This document shows, one piece after another, positions 38,595 to 50,640 of a DNA stretch of 64,000 nt. The DNA is taken from assembly GCA_038087875.1 (NCBI GenBank), contig CM075990.1, forward strand, positions 15,006,001 to 15,070,000, in the 5' to 3' direction. The notes under the pieces are model-generated. The model saw nothing but the letters and a program-made list of their open reading frames with translations, did no database searches and was not told the DNA's origin. A program made the translations under genes and the position numbers. The DNA is from Malacoraja senta (Eukaryota). Numbering within the stretch: the first letter of the stretch is position 1; the number at the start of each line of letters is the position of its first letter.

Positions 38595-39005
38595 TGTCCC
38601 CCACCTCTCATGCTTTGAGAGGTGGGGGACAATCCCCCCCATGTTTTGTAATTCGGGCTTTATCAGACACTTTTTAAAGGCTGAATCGGCCCGTTCGCGG
38701 GGCCTTTCATCGCCCGGCGCGGCTTAAAATCAAACTGCTGCGTCGAGGCGATCGAGGCTCCCGATGTTGAAGCCCCCGCCGGCTGATGAAAGGCCCCACG
38801 AACGGGCTGATTCAAGCCCCACGATTCGGGGTGGACGAAGCTGCTGTTGCTGCAGTTCGGAGTCGGTCACCAACCAGGTCAGCTCCATATGTTACTGTCC
38901 ACAGGGCCCGCGGCTGAAGCCTCGCACGTGTGTGTGCGAATGCGCGCGCGGCCGCCAAAAAATTGTGTTCCCTCCCCATGTTTTGATAGTGATTTCCGTG
39001 CCCTG
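38595..39005. mobile_element. CpG-rich DNA-transposon-like remnant with internal hairpins
   Basis: Inverted repeat at about 38684-38718 and 38777-38812. Ends in TTTCCGTGCCCTG. Confidence 0.4.
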
Positions 39006-39009
39006 AATG

Positions 39010-39591
39010 TCTCTACTTCCTTAGAAGACTTTGGATGTTTGGCATGTCCCCTGCAACTCTCACCAACTTCTACAGATGCATCATACAAAGCATTTTATCA
39101 GCATGCATCACAGCTTGGTTTGGGAACAGCTCCATCCAAGACCGCAAGAAATTGTTGACGCAGCCCAGACACATCACCCTTCTATTGACTCCATTTATAT
39201 CTCACGCTGCCTCGGCAAGGCCAGCAGAATAATCAAGGATGAGTTGCACCCTGTCCACTGCCTCTTCTCCCCCCTCCCATCGGGTAAAAGGTACAGACCT
39301 GTGAAAACACACACCACCAGATTCATGGGCAGTCTCTTCCCAGCTGTTATCAGGCAACTGAATCATCCTGCCACAACTAGAGAGCAGTGCTGAACTACTA
39401 TCTACCTCTTTGGTGAATCTCGGACTATCCTTGATTGGACTTTGCTGGCTTTACCTTGCACTAAACGTTATTCCCTTATCTTGTATCTATACACTGTAAA
39501 TAGCTGGACTGTAATCAAGAATTGTCTTTCTGGATAACAAGCAACATAAGCTTTTCACTGTACCTCGGTACATGTGACAATAAACTAAACT
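39010..39591 (+). mobile_element. Rex1/Babar LINE 3' fragment
   Basis: Encodes LYFLRRL..FGMSPATLTNFYRCII.SILS.CITAWFGN and HPVHCLFSPLPSGKRYR. Tail ACAATAAACTAAAC. Confidence 0.9.
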
Positions 39592-42500
39592 GTAAGTGGG
39601 CATTGAGGTGCCACCTGTTCATTGGCAGTCCAGAGAGATAATTGCAGAGTTTTTAGCCATCCATCCGTGCACATCTGTCCGCTGCTTGGCTTGTGCAGAT
39701 GTGATTAAGAACTGCCCTTGAGGTTTGCAGAAGATTGAAGCCAGGTCTGCTATGTGCAAGAACCTCATGGCGTTTGTCACCTCTCATGAACTCCTTTCAG
39801 ATTTCCTTGTTTTATTGGAGTTCAGGTTGGAGGCCAAAGGTTAAGTACATTGGTTTGTATCAGCATCACTCTGTGAGGTGCTGAAGGATCACCATCACAT
39901 TGAACTAGCAAAGTGCCTTATTAAACCAAGGAACCTACAAGGAAACAGCGAGAGTCCTTCCAACCAAATAGGCAGCTGGTTGTAACCAGTTTAAGCCCAG
40001 AAATGTAACAAGATATACGTAGAGAGCATTTGGTTACAGGGTAGAGTTCTTAAAGAAGTGTACTCTCAATGCAACATAAGCCACATCCATTGTGCTTGTC
40101 AAAAGGACTTTCATGACCAAGTGCTGTTGATTCTGATTTTCAGCCTTGCAATGTTTTGGGTTTTCATACAATAATCAATAGCCAGCATGGATTGTAGAAG
40201 GAAAAATGGTGTGTAGTTGATATCAATGTAATCTCGGGGGAGGACAGAAGCAATTCTGTGGATATAGTCCGTATAAAATTCCAAAAGGGATGTGTTGACG
40301 TGTTACAAAATGAAATAATGATGGTGTGAGTCTGAAGATAATTGGAGGAATAACACTGGCCTCGAGAGCAAGCAAATAGTAAGGGTAAAAGATGGCCATT
40401 GAAACATGCATTGGGTTAGAAGTGAAAAGGACACAAAGTGCTGGAGTAACTCAGAAGATCAGGCAGCATCTTTGGAGAACAAGATAGCAGACGTTCCAGA
40501 TGGAGACGCAAAACATCACCTATCCCTGCCCTTCAGAGATGCTGCCTGTCCTGCTGAGTTACTCCAGCACTTTATGTTCCTTTATGTATTAACCATAAAG
40601 TGGTTCGAGGGGGGTGCAAATCATAGCTGGAGGTGGTTATTTACCAAGAAATCAAATAGCAAATTTACCAAGATCAACTTTTACCCAGAGTATTGAAAAT
40701 GTCAACTAGTCTGGTTGAAACAAAACATATGTGCTTAAATAGTTTAAATAAACATTATAACCAGAAGGATATGTAAAAAGGGAAGGGTGTCTCTCCACTG
40801 AGAGATAAAGGGGGAGAAAGAATAAAAATCATTGGCATGGGCAACCTGTATCAGGTGACCTGATTGTGTTCTGTATGTCCTGTGGAATTCCTGCCAGTCC
40901 TCCAACTCACGCTGTGGTTAATGCAAGAGAATTCATGGAATCAAGGGAAATGGGGAAAAAGCAGGAACGGGTCACTAATTATGGATGGTCAGCCATGATC
41001 ATATTGAATGGCGGTGCTGGCTCGAAGGGCCGAACGGCCTACCTGTTTTCTATGTTTTTATGAGTAGCACCCAACACATACGATTAACTGGTGATTTAAC
41101 CTCCATGAAATGTTATTGAATTGAATGAAACAGCATGGAAACAGGCCCTTCAGCCCTTCTGACTTGATGCTATCCCACTTTTGCACCCACTTCCTTCACA
41201 CTAGACTAAACTTACAGAGGCCAATTAACCTACACGCCTTTGGAATGTGGGAGGAAACCAGATCACCCGGAAGAAACCCACGTGGTCACAGGGAGAACTT
41301 GAAAACTTCACACAGATGGCACCAGAGGTCAGGATCGAACCTGGGTCTCTTGTGCTTTGAGTCAGCAGCTCTATTTGTTGTGCCACTGTTATCTTTCCCA
41401 ATCTTCTCGACGTGAGCCAGTATGCTCTTGTTAAGTGACCTGCTCTCCTCCCATGGTTACAATGCATCTCTTGAAACTGATGTTGAAGGCTTTAGTTTTT
41501 GCAATTATATGTAATGAATATAGCAAAAGTCTGACTTTGAAATGTTTAGTTATGTTGCAGTTGCATGGAGAAGCTTGTCTCTCAGAAGAATTGTTGATGC
41601 TTTGAAGTTTTTCTCAGTGCTCAGTCTACATCTGCCTTCCTATTACACTCAAAGCCAAATTGATTAATCGTATAAAAATGGGATTTCCTGTCCCAATGGT
41701 TGGAAGGATATTCTGACAGGAAAAATAACAACTGATCATCTGAAATAATACTGACCAAAATATAATTCAAGGAATTTTCACCCTTCATGAAAGATTGATA
41801 TCAGACTTTCTTCAACATGCAAGATAGTGCCTCATCCTAAGTAAAATAAAGCTTTCAAGGAACACCAAAGGAAGTGTTAAAATATAGGTCTGTAAGATCC
41901 AGTGCATAAACAGACCCTTCAGCCCATCATGTGTACACAGGCCATCAAATACCCATACCTGCACTTGTTCCCCCTTCCGATCAGTCTGAATAAGGGTCTC
42001 AACCCCTATCATCTCCTATCCAGAGATGCTGCCTCACCTGCGGAGTTACTCCAGCACTTGGTGTACATAAACCCATTATATCCTCCCCATATTCCCATCC
42101 ATTCCCTTCAGAATCAATGCACGAGGGTCAGCTTACAGTGGCCATAAGCCTGCCAACTTTAATATTTTGGGGATGTGGGACAAAATTAGAGCACCTGGAA
42201 GAAACCCACGAGGTAGCAGTGAGAATGTGCAAGCCCCACAAAGACAGCAGTGGAAGTCAACATTGAACCTGGGTCCCTGGAGCTGTGAGCATCATTCTGT
42301 GGCTGCACCACGATCTCTTGGCCGTGCCCTTATTTTCTGTTTGTTCACTTTGTCTCTTGGCCTGATACTGTAGTTCCTCTTTTGGTCACAAGAGTGGGAT
42401 TGCAAACCTTCGAAATTATCTGTGCTTGCTGAAATAAAATGATCATCCCTGTAATCATTCAATAGTTTGCAAACTTTGTCCTTGAAGGTTAAGTTTTGAG

Positions 42501-45393
42501 GATACTCTTAGTCGGAGGTACAAACTTAAAATCGTATTGTTTGAAAATAATGCAGGAGAGAGATGTATTTGCAGGCCATGACTTATCATTTTTATTGAAG
42601 TACATATTGTGTCTTGATTCAGTCAAAAACTGCAGTATTATTAAATATTTGCAGAATACTCGTTTGTTGGTGAGATAAAATGTAGAGCTTAATTAAAATA
42701 CCCCGGTTGCTGTGGAGTTGCTGTACAAGTAACACTGTTTAAAAATCACATTCTTTGCTCTGCGAGATGATGACCAGTTAAGTTGCCCCCATACCTTTTG
42801 CTTTGGAACCTGCAATCCCTTTTAATCAGTTGAAAGTCGTCCACACACAAGGACACATAAAATTTATTGCTGGCCAGAGATGGATGGCAAAAACAGTATG
42901 CATAAATAAAATAAGAGATGAACAATGATTGTGGTGTTGAAGACCTGGCTGAATAAGTATGTCAGGTACTGATTGGAAGAATGATAAATGGACTCGCCTA
43001 ACAAAGGATTGACTGCTTGAAAAGACAGGGCTTTTTAATGGATGGAAGGAGAGGAGGCCTCATTTAAAAAGGAAGGGCTGTTTTCAGCAGAGATATGACA
43101 AAAGGAAGCAGACAAGCATTGATTTATCTTCGAGAATGGCAGTTGAAAAATTCAACAATAATCATGACAAATGAGAAGAGATGCGGCAGGGAAAAAAATG
43201 CCAATACTTGGAGCTTGAAAAGAAATGCCAAGGTCACAAAGAGAGGTCCCGAACTGCTGCTTTAGACACTCTAATGGAACTATTGGAAAAGAAGGGGACA
43301 GGTTAAAATAGATGATTTGGGAAAAAGGGTTGAAGGTGATGCTATTTTCGTTTTTTTCCCCCGGCCCAAGGGATAAATAAAATCTTGGTCAGACGTATTA
43401 CTGAATGCTAAGGACAAATTGACCATTAAAAGAAAATCTATTAAACGGCAACCTCCCCTCCCCCTCCCTCCCACCTCGCGCTGCCACCCCCCTCCCCTCT
43501 CCCCCGCTATCACCCCACATTTGAAATGGGGCAGAAATGATTTTAGGTAATTGCCATGATGATGTTTTATAATTTAGAGGCTTTTCACCAGCACATTGTG
43601 TCTGAAGAAGAATCGGGGAAGAAACGGATTTAAAAAATATATATAGTGGGAAATGATTAAATTACGGATTCTTATGCTTTGGCAAAGAAGATGAAGCATA
43701 AAATCTCCAATTAAGATGCTTTTGCCGATCTTACAGTTTGCATGAAACAACAAACACTGGAATGGCTAGGTACAGTAGATCAATCTCTTCTATTTCAGAT
43801 AAACTGTGATCTGTAATGGCTTTTCACATCTCCACTTACACCTGGGGCTGCATTCAGGCATTAAGGGAGCAGAGCCTCTTCAGATGAAGCATTTTCTAAT
43901 CAGCTTTATCACTCATATCTGAATTTATCTTATTTGAGGAAAATGCCAATATATTAGCAGGCTTGTATGATACACAAGGTGACCCTACCAACTTAATGAC
44001 ATAATACATTATCCTTAATGAAGTCAATATCTTGTCTTTTAGCTGTCTGTCTATTGGGGCGATTAATTGCAGTGTCATTAAAGTTAGCTCTCTTTTCATT
44101 TGAGCTTGACAAGTCGCATAAAACTAATGTTCTTAGTTATCAGCCAGTGGAATAGGATGTGGGCTGGAAGAAATTGTAGGAACTGCAAGGGGGACTGGCA
44201 CAGCTGACTGAAGAGGTTTCTGCGCAGTGACAGATTATAATGAGTCTTGCATTGTTTGTGTTTTGTGTTGCAGGCTCTCTCTCGTATCCCCTTGCATTCC
44301 CCCTACATTTGAAACTGTGAGATGGGAAGGTTGTAATTTACAGTGTGTTATCTTTGTCTATAGCTCCAAGATGATATGAAGTAAATCAAGGTACGAGTAA
44401 TGAAAGACTGAAAATTTATTCCTTGAAGCACAGTTTTAAGTGTAGTATCTGTTATAGTGGCACTGCCTGAAGAGCCTGAAATGAGACTGGATGAAGGGAA
44501 ATAAAGAAGCATGGGAGTTCATGTTAATGCTGTTTGTCTGTGGTTAGTAATTGGGTTCCTCTGATGAGTTACGTGAAGACAAAGTGTGCATCCTAGCAAG
44601 TATTGTAAATCTTACATTGTTGGAACAAGGAGCAATCCTTACAGATATTGATCCGTGTCTGCTCAGAGGCAAGAAAAGCAGTCTGTTTCTCAGTTGGTGT
44701 CGAATCAGTGTCACAAATTACCCGTGTGAAGACAGAACCCTGCACAAAATCCTTCCATTTTAATTCTTAACTTGCACTAATAATTAAAATTTTAATGGTG
44801 AATCATACATTAGACACATTGCGCCAAAAATAAATATATTGATAGGAGCCCTAGGTGTGCTGTTAAAATGCAATCCTAAATTGTCTTTTTATTCCAGACA
44901 TTTTATTTATATGATCTGTGGTGATGAGCACAGGGACTATTATGATAGCATTTGTTCTAGTGTTAACGTTCTGTAAAAATAGCCTGAAATCAATTGATAA
45001 AAAATGGCAAAAAGCAACATTCAATTTTTGTCTTATTTGTGCCATTATTGGGTTGGTAATTTGTATTGTTGTACTTAATGGCAAATCCAACTGGTTCTTT
45101 TAGTAATGTACTTTGTTTTAAAGCATAATTAGGATATTGAAACTTAAACCGATAACTGAATTTATAACTACTGTATATTAATGCAATGGGAAGATAAAGG
45201 GATTAAAATTATAATAAAGAACATTAATATGGACATTACTGATGTGGGATTAGTGCCTCATGTGGAGTATTTGTTGTCACATACTGTTGATTTTATCCTT
45301 GTTTGAAACCTGGAAACAGAAAAATAGGTGCAGGTGTAGGCCATTCGGCCCTTCGGCCATTCAATATAATCATGGCTAATCATCCAAATTGCG

Positions 45394-45447
45394 GGGGTGG
45401 GAGATTGCAACCTTCACGTGGTCCGCCCTGTTTCGACGAATGCAATC
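45394..45447 (+). ncRNA. Minimal HDV-like ribozyme (54 nt)
   Basis: GGGGTGG-GA-GATTGCA-ACC-TTCACGT-GGT-CCGCCCT-G-TTTCGA-CGAA-TGCAATC. 7-bp P1 with G1.U wobble, 7-bp P2, 3-bp P3. Candidate catalytic C at 45437. Confidence 0.85.
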
Positions 45448-45524
45448 AACCTGGCGTGCACAATCAAATAGAACAAGTTGTCTTACAACTTTAGGCTGTG
45501 CACGCCATACGCAAGAAGAAGAAG
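45394..45524 (+). mobile_element. Short retroposon family A (minimal HDV-like head, 3' stem-loop, GAA tail)
   Basis: ATCCAAA duplicated at 45382-45388 and 45525-45531. GGCGTGCACA/TGTGCACGCC stem. Second copy at 61282. Confidence 0.9.
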
Positions 45525-46659
45525 ATCCAAAATCAGTACCCCGTTCCTGCTTTTCCCCCATATCCCTTGATTCCTTTATCCCTAAGAGCTAAATCTAATT
45601 CTCTTGAAAACATCCAGTGAATTGGCCTCCACTGCCTTCTGTGGCAGAGAATTCCGCAGCTTTGATCGCTACTAGAATAGGTTGGATACTAAATATCAGG
45701 TCCTAGCACTTACAGAATCAGTTGCAAATGAGGAAGTGTTCAGTGACCAACATAAGGATGGTTTTGCATGGCTGTGATCCACCCCCCCCCCCCCCCCCAG
45801 TGAAATTATCTGCAAATATTCGTCGTCCCAATTCACACTGGTAAGTTGAGTTAAGTACTTGGACGATGCTTGTGGGGAACAAAAAGTTCATAAGTGATAG
45901 GAGCAGAATTTGGCCATTCAGCCCATCAAATGTCAGAATAGGTTTTGATTTGAAATTTATACATTAACATTTTGATGTATGATTTTTGCAATCATTAAAA
46001 TGTTAAAGAAGTGAACACTTCAAATTTAAAAGCCAAATGTTAGCGTCAAGCACTCCAAATAGGATACAGTAATACGTGGCCAGCTATATAATATCAAACT
46101 GGATCCAATAATGTCTCTTTGACCCAACAGAGTGCACAATTTTTGGTGATTTTTTATTTCCTAACTCCAGATGAATGTCCAGAAAGTTTTTTATTTGTGA
46201 GTACACCGCACCATTTCTTCTTGCGTAATCATGTAGAGATAATGGACGTCAGGGCCCTTTCTTCGTGCCCTTGAGAAACTGGTGGTTTATCACTGCAGTC
46301 CTTTGGTTGAGGTTGTTCATTAGTTCCAGGATTTGAATTGAATACTGTTCAAGGTGTTGAGATATATTTCCAAATCATGATGATGGGTGACTTGGAGTAG
46401 GGTCTGATGCCCTTGGGATGGGCATCTTGCGGTGGCTATCAAAATATCCTTGATAAGCACTTGATGTCCTTTTTGTTGAGAGTACAAAAATGTGGGCACA
46501 ATGCCTTGGTACTGACTGCTGTGAACAGTGTGGTGGATGGGGTGGCAGCTTAGAGGATTGCTTGGGTCTGGATGATGTGACTGCTTGGATGTTACCACGT
46601 GCATCTTCATTTCCTGAGAAGTTGACTTGGCAGTTGAACAATGTGCACTCTGCAGGTGG

Positions 46660-47040
46660 AATGAAGTCCACTGATGATGGTAGGACCAAGAACTCAGCCC
46701 TTGGGACCTCCATCCTGGGGCTGGGATGATTGACCTCCAATAACCAAAGTCGTCTTCATATGTATAAGGCCTGACTCAGCCAATGGTGAGTTATCCACTT
46801 GATTCCACTGGCCTTAGTTATGCCAGGGCTCCTTGATGCAATACGCATTCAAATGTCATTTTGATGTCAAACCTCATCTCTGGATTGAAGCTCTTTTGTC
46901 CATATTTGGACCAAGTCTGTGATGAGATCTGGATAAGGGTCATCCTGTTTGAACCCACCAGGGCATTATTGAGCAGATTATTTGATTATGCTCCTTGATT
47001 TCATTATCAGTGATAACTTCCGTGGCTTTGCAGCTGATTG
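46660..47040 (-). mobile_element. Old LINE reverse-transcriptase fragment (CR1/Jockey group)
   Basis: Decayed PDLITDLVQIWTKELQSRDE, DIKMTFECVLHQGAL, VIGGQSSQPQD and VLGPTI. Confidence 0.7.
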
Positions 47041-47481
47041 TGAGAAGAACGTTGGCCAGCAATTAACCAAATTGGGTCTGGGACCGTGTTCAGACCGATA
47101 CAACACATTTCGGGAAGCGCTTATCACACCAGATTTCAGGGTGAAACGTGAGTTTACTGGATCTACGACATCAACCTTAAATCTCTCTGAACTTGTACGA
47201 TATGCAGAACTGCAGTAAGGTGTAGCTGGCCATAATATTCTGCCTCAGGCACTCAGCCACTGTTAAAAATGTGGGGAAATAAAAAAGATTAAACAATCAA
47301 GGTCAAGAGAATGAATTTGGGAAAGTACAACTGCAATGACGTGGACGGGTGGACCCAGCAGATGAAATGAAGGTGGAAACTGTTGTTTTTAGGCTTGGGT
47401 GAGTGGGAAACTCTACTGTGAAAACAGAGTCTGAAGTAGGGTCCCAACCTGAAGCGTCAACTGTCCATTCCCTCCGCAGAT

Positions 47482-47833
47482 GGAAGCGAGCGGGCAAGAT
47501 CATCTCTGACCCCTCTCATCCTGGCGACAAACTCTTTGAATCTCTTCCCTCTGGAAGGCGACTCCGGACTGTCAAAGCTGCCACAGCCAGACATAAAAAC
47601 AGTTTTTATCCACGAGTAGTTGCTCTACGCAACAGCCAAAAATCTGTAGCCTCCCTTTGATCTGGTATTTTGTTGGTTCACATGCTTGATCAATGGTGTT
47701 TCATCATTAATGTTTTGTTATTATTAATGTTTAGTGTTTTCTGAGTCATTCGTAACTGTCACTGTATGTCATGTTGTTACTTGTGGGCGGAGCACCAAGG
47801 CAAATTCCTTGTATGTGAATACTTGGCCAATAA

Positions 47834-47866
<33 letters not shown>
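47482..47866 (+). mobile_element. Rex1/Babar LINE 3' fragment inserted in a Penelope mini-element
   Basis: Encodes KIISDPSHPGDKLFESLPSGRRLR...KNSFYP. (ACTT)n tail and AGATG duplication. Confidence 0.9.
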
Positions 47867-48559
47867 GATGCTGCCTGACCCACTGAGTTCCTCCCAGCAC
47901 CTTGTGTTCTGCTCACTCTGAAATAGTGATTGTGTCAACAAGAAGTTTGAAATGAATGACTGTAAAAACTAAGAATTTGTAACACATTTGGCACTCTGGA
48001 TTTAACATTCCTGTGTGAATAATAAAAATGTCCTATTTTACAGAGAATTCAAAACATATTAGCTCTCTCGAGGAGGAAAGATCCTTCCCCTTGACCAATG
48101 CCCAGTGTGGAACTGACATCTCAGCTGTGTGTGTGGAAAAGATATCATGGAAATATCAGTCCAGATACAACCTCTTAGCTATTCTCAATATGGGACCTCT
48201 GGGTCAGTTGACTGCCTCGTATGCCATGGTTGTATGATCTGACCCATGCAAGTGAAAGCAAGACCCAAATTGAAAGCAAGCGTGAAAGACCGTACCCTCT
48301 ACAGCTTATCAGGGGTCATTCCAAGTTAATTTCTTGCTCTCTGAGCAGAGAGATTGAGTTGTTGGCATGACAAGACAGCACGTGAGAAACATAGAAAGCA
48401 AAAAAGGCGATATGAGTTTGAATGATTGTTTTCACCGGATTTTTACAGTATTCTGCATACATCTATTGGGAGAATCCTATCTGAGCCATAAAAATGGTGC
48501 ATATTAAAATATGAAACAAAACATCGCATTGTTGGTGGAAAAAAGGCACAGGTTAGATA

Positions 48560-48872
48560 TACGTACTTACTGCCTATTATGCTTCCTGGCATGTAGGGCA
48601 GCAACAAGGGTCCTCCACTCCTATTCCCAGTAGTGTTGATTCCTTCAGTTGCTGTTTCCGTAACATATGTGTTTTACGAGACAGGGTTGTTAGCCCTGTG
48701 CTCAACCCCCAACCTGGAGGACCAGTGGATCGCTCTTCGTCTCGCCTCTACCCTTCGACCTGTCCAGCATGGGAGACCCTAACAGGAGACAAATCTCCTG
48801 CTGGCATAGCTCTAGAGGTCACTGAGACACACAAGCTCCCCGACCACGACAAGGTTGCAATCCAACGGGGAG
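48560..48872 (-). mobile_element. Non-autonomous RTE-derived element (family D) with an HDV-like 5' end
   Basis: 10-bp TSD AGGTTAGATA (48550-48559 and 48873-48882). RTE-type 5' UTR motifs CCTTGTCGTGGT and GGGCTAACAACCC. TAAG-type tail. Confidence 0.8.
48727..48872 (-). ncRNA. HDV-like ribozyme with a long P4
   Basis: CTCCCCG-TT-GGATTGC-A-ACC-TTGTCGT-GGT-CGGGGAG-C-[~95 nt]-CGAAGA-GCGATCC. Confidence 0.6.
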
Positions 48873-49514
48873 AGGTTAGATAGAGGAGGCATATTATTCA
48901 GAACAGGGATGGACATTAAGACAGAAACTAATAGTGGTTGCAGAGGCAAGCAAAGGGAGATCAGTTGTGCAGAGAGATGACATAAGTATTGGATGGATGT
49001 TCTTGCAATGCGTAATGATACCAGGTGATGGAGCAGAGATTGAATGGATTGTGTTTGGAAAGATTCTGGCCTTTTCATGATCAGGAAGTAATGACCTTGG
49101 TGTTCACACCTTGGCCTGGCAATCGAGACTGAGGACTAGATTTGGTCAGTGGACCAAGTAAACATTATTTTAACTTGTCCAAGGTGTGATGTTTGAACAT
49201 TTGTGGTTTTAGGTTCTAGTTTTTGGAATGTTGCTGAATAGCTAAATGTCTGGGAATGAGTTATATGACTGTGGATGACAGGAATGGATTAAACTGTGGA
49301 CACATCAAGGTGACTTTTGGAAGAAGCAGCCATGACAGCAGATGTGAATAATTTATTTGGATATTACTGTAAGGGATGTATTCAGTGAAGCGTGTAGCTG
49401 TATAACACTGGATATCAGTAGACAAAGCAACGGAAGATGATGGAATGATTGACTGTGGCAAATGCCTTTGTAATTTTAGGAAGATGTTGAGTTATGGTGT
49501 ACATTAGTTGCCAC

Positions 49515-49812
49515 GGGTGGCACAGTTACGCAGTGGTAGATTGTTGCCTCACAGTGCCATAGTCCCAGGTTTGATCCGGACTATGGGTGCAGTCGATGCA
49601 GAGTTTGTATATTCTCCCTGTGACCGTGTGTGTTTTTCTCTCAGTTTCCTCCCACGTTCCAAAGACATTCGGTTTGGCGGTTAATTGGCTTCTGTAAATT
49701 TCCCCTAGTGCATAGGATGTGAAAATGGGATAACATAGAACTGGTGTACGGGTGATCGATGGTCAGTGTGGACTCGGTGGGCCGAAGGGCCAGTTTCCAC
49801 TCTATCTCCAAA
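49515..49812 (+). mobile_element. HE1-like V-SINE
   Basis: GGGTGGCACAGT head, core and tail. Confidence 0.8.
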
Positions 49813-50325
49813 ACAGTCACCGTGCTTGTTGTTTTGCTGAGGAGGACTTTGGTGGTCTGGATAAGGTGCAAGCCATACTGAAGGCAACTTAACAGGGCGA
49901 GAATAACAGGATGGTGTCTTCTGCAGAAGCAGGAACTTGGTAATTGGCACTGGTCAGAGATTGTTGTTCGATCTTAGGTGAAGCAGGTTTATGGGGACTA
50001 CACAGTGGTGCAGTAGGTAGTGCTGCTGCTTCACAATTCCCGTGATCCAGTTTTGATCCTGAACTTTGTGTGGAGTTTGCATGTTCTCCCTGTGACTGCG
50101 TTGGCTTCTTCCCATTGGCATGTTGTAGGTGGATTAATTGGCTGCTATAAGCTGTTCCAAGCATAGGTGGATATCAGGAGAATCAGGGTAAATTTGATGG
50201 TTACTAGATAGAGCATAGGTTACAGGGAAATGTGGGAGAATTGGATTGCCATGGGAAATCACGATAGACATGATGGGGCGCATATCCTCCTGTGTCATAA
50301 GAAAATGACAGCTGATATACTCACT

Positions 50326-50640
50326 CAGTGGCACGGTGCTGCAGTGGGTAGAGCTGCTGCCTAACAGTATCTGGGACCTGAGTTCAATCCTGACCTTGGG
50401 TGTTGTCAGTGTGTATTTGGCATGTACTCTGTGTGAACACATGGGTTTTGTTGAGTACTCTGGTTTCCTCCAACATCCCAAATGTGCATAGGTTAAATGG
50501 CTTTTGTAAATAATCCCTAAAATTTAGGGAGTGAATACGAAAGGGGGATTAGGTAGAAACAGTGTGAACAGGTGCGCGATGTTCAACATGGACTGAGTGG
50601 ACCGAAGGGCCTGTTTTCGTGCTGTATCTCTAAGCTAAAC
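50326..50640 (+). mobile_element. HE1-like V-SINE, older
   Basis: GTGGCACGGTGCTGCAGTGG head and GAGTTCAATCC B-box. Confidence 0.75.

Larger units (their letters stand above)
45312..45655 (-). mobile_element. CR1-clade LINE 3' fragment interrupted by a family A insertion
   Basis: AAATAGGTGCAGG...ATCATCCAAA|ATCAGTACCCC continues across the insert. Confidence 0.8.

Noticed and set aside
38783..38803. CTGATGA...CGAA as a hammerhead core
   Set aside because: There is no helix II or GAAA. It is one arm of a DNA inverted repeat.
48900..49480. Possible ancient L2 relic (also about 42880-43450 and 22760-23030)
   Set aside because: Only compositional resemblance; I could not read convincing motifs.
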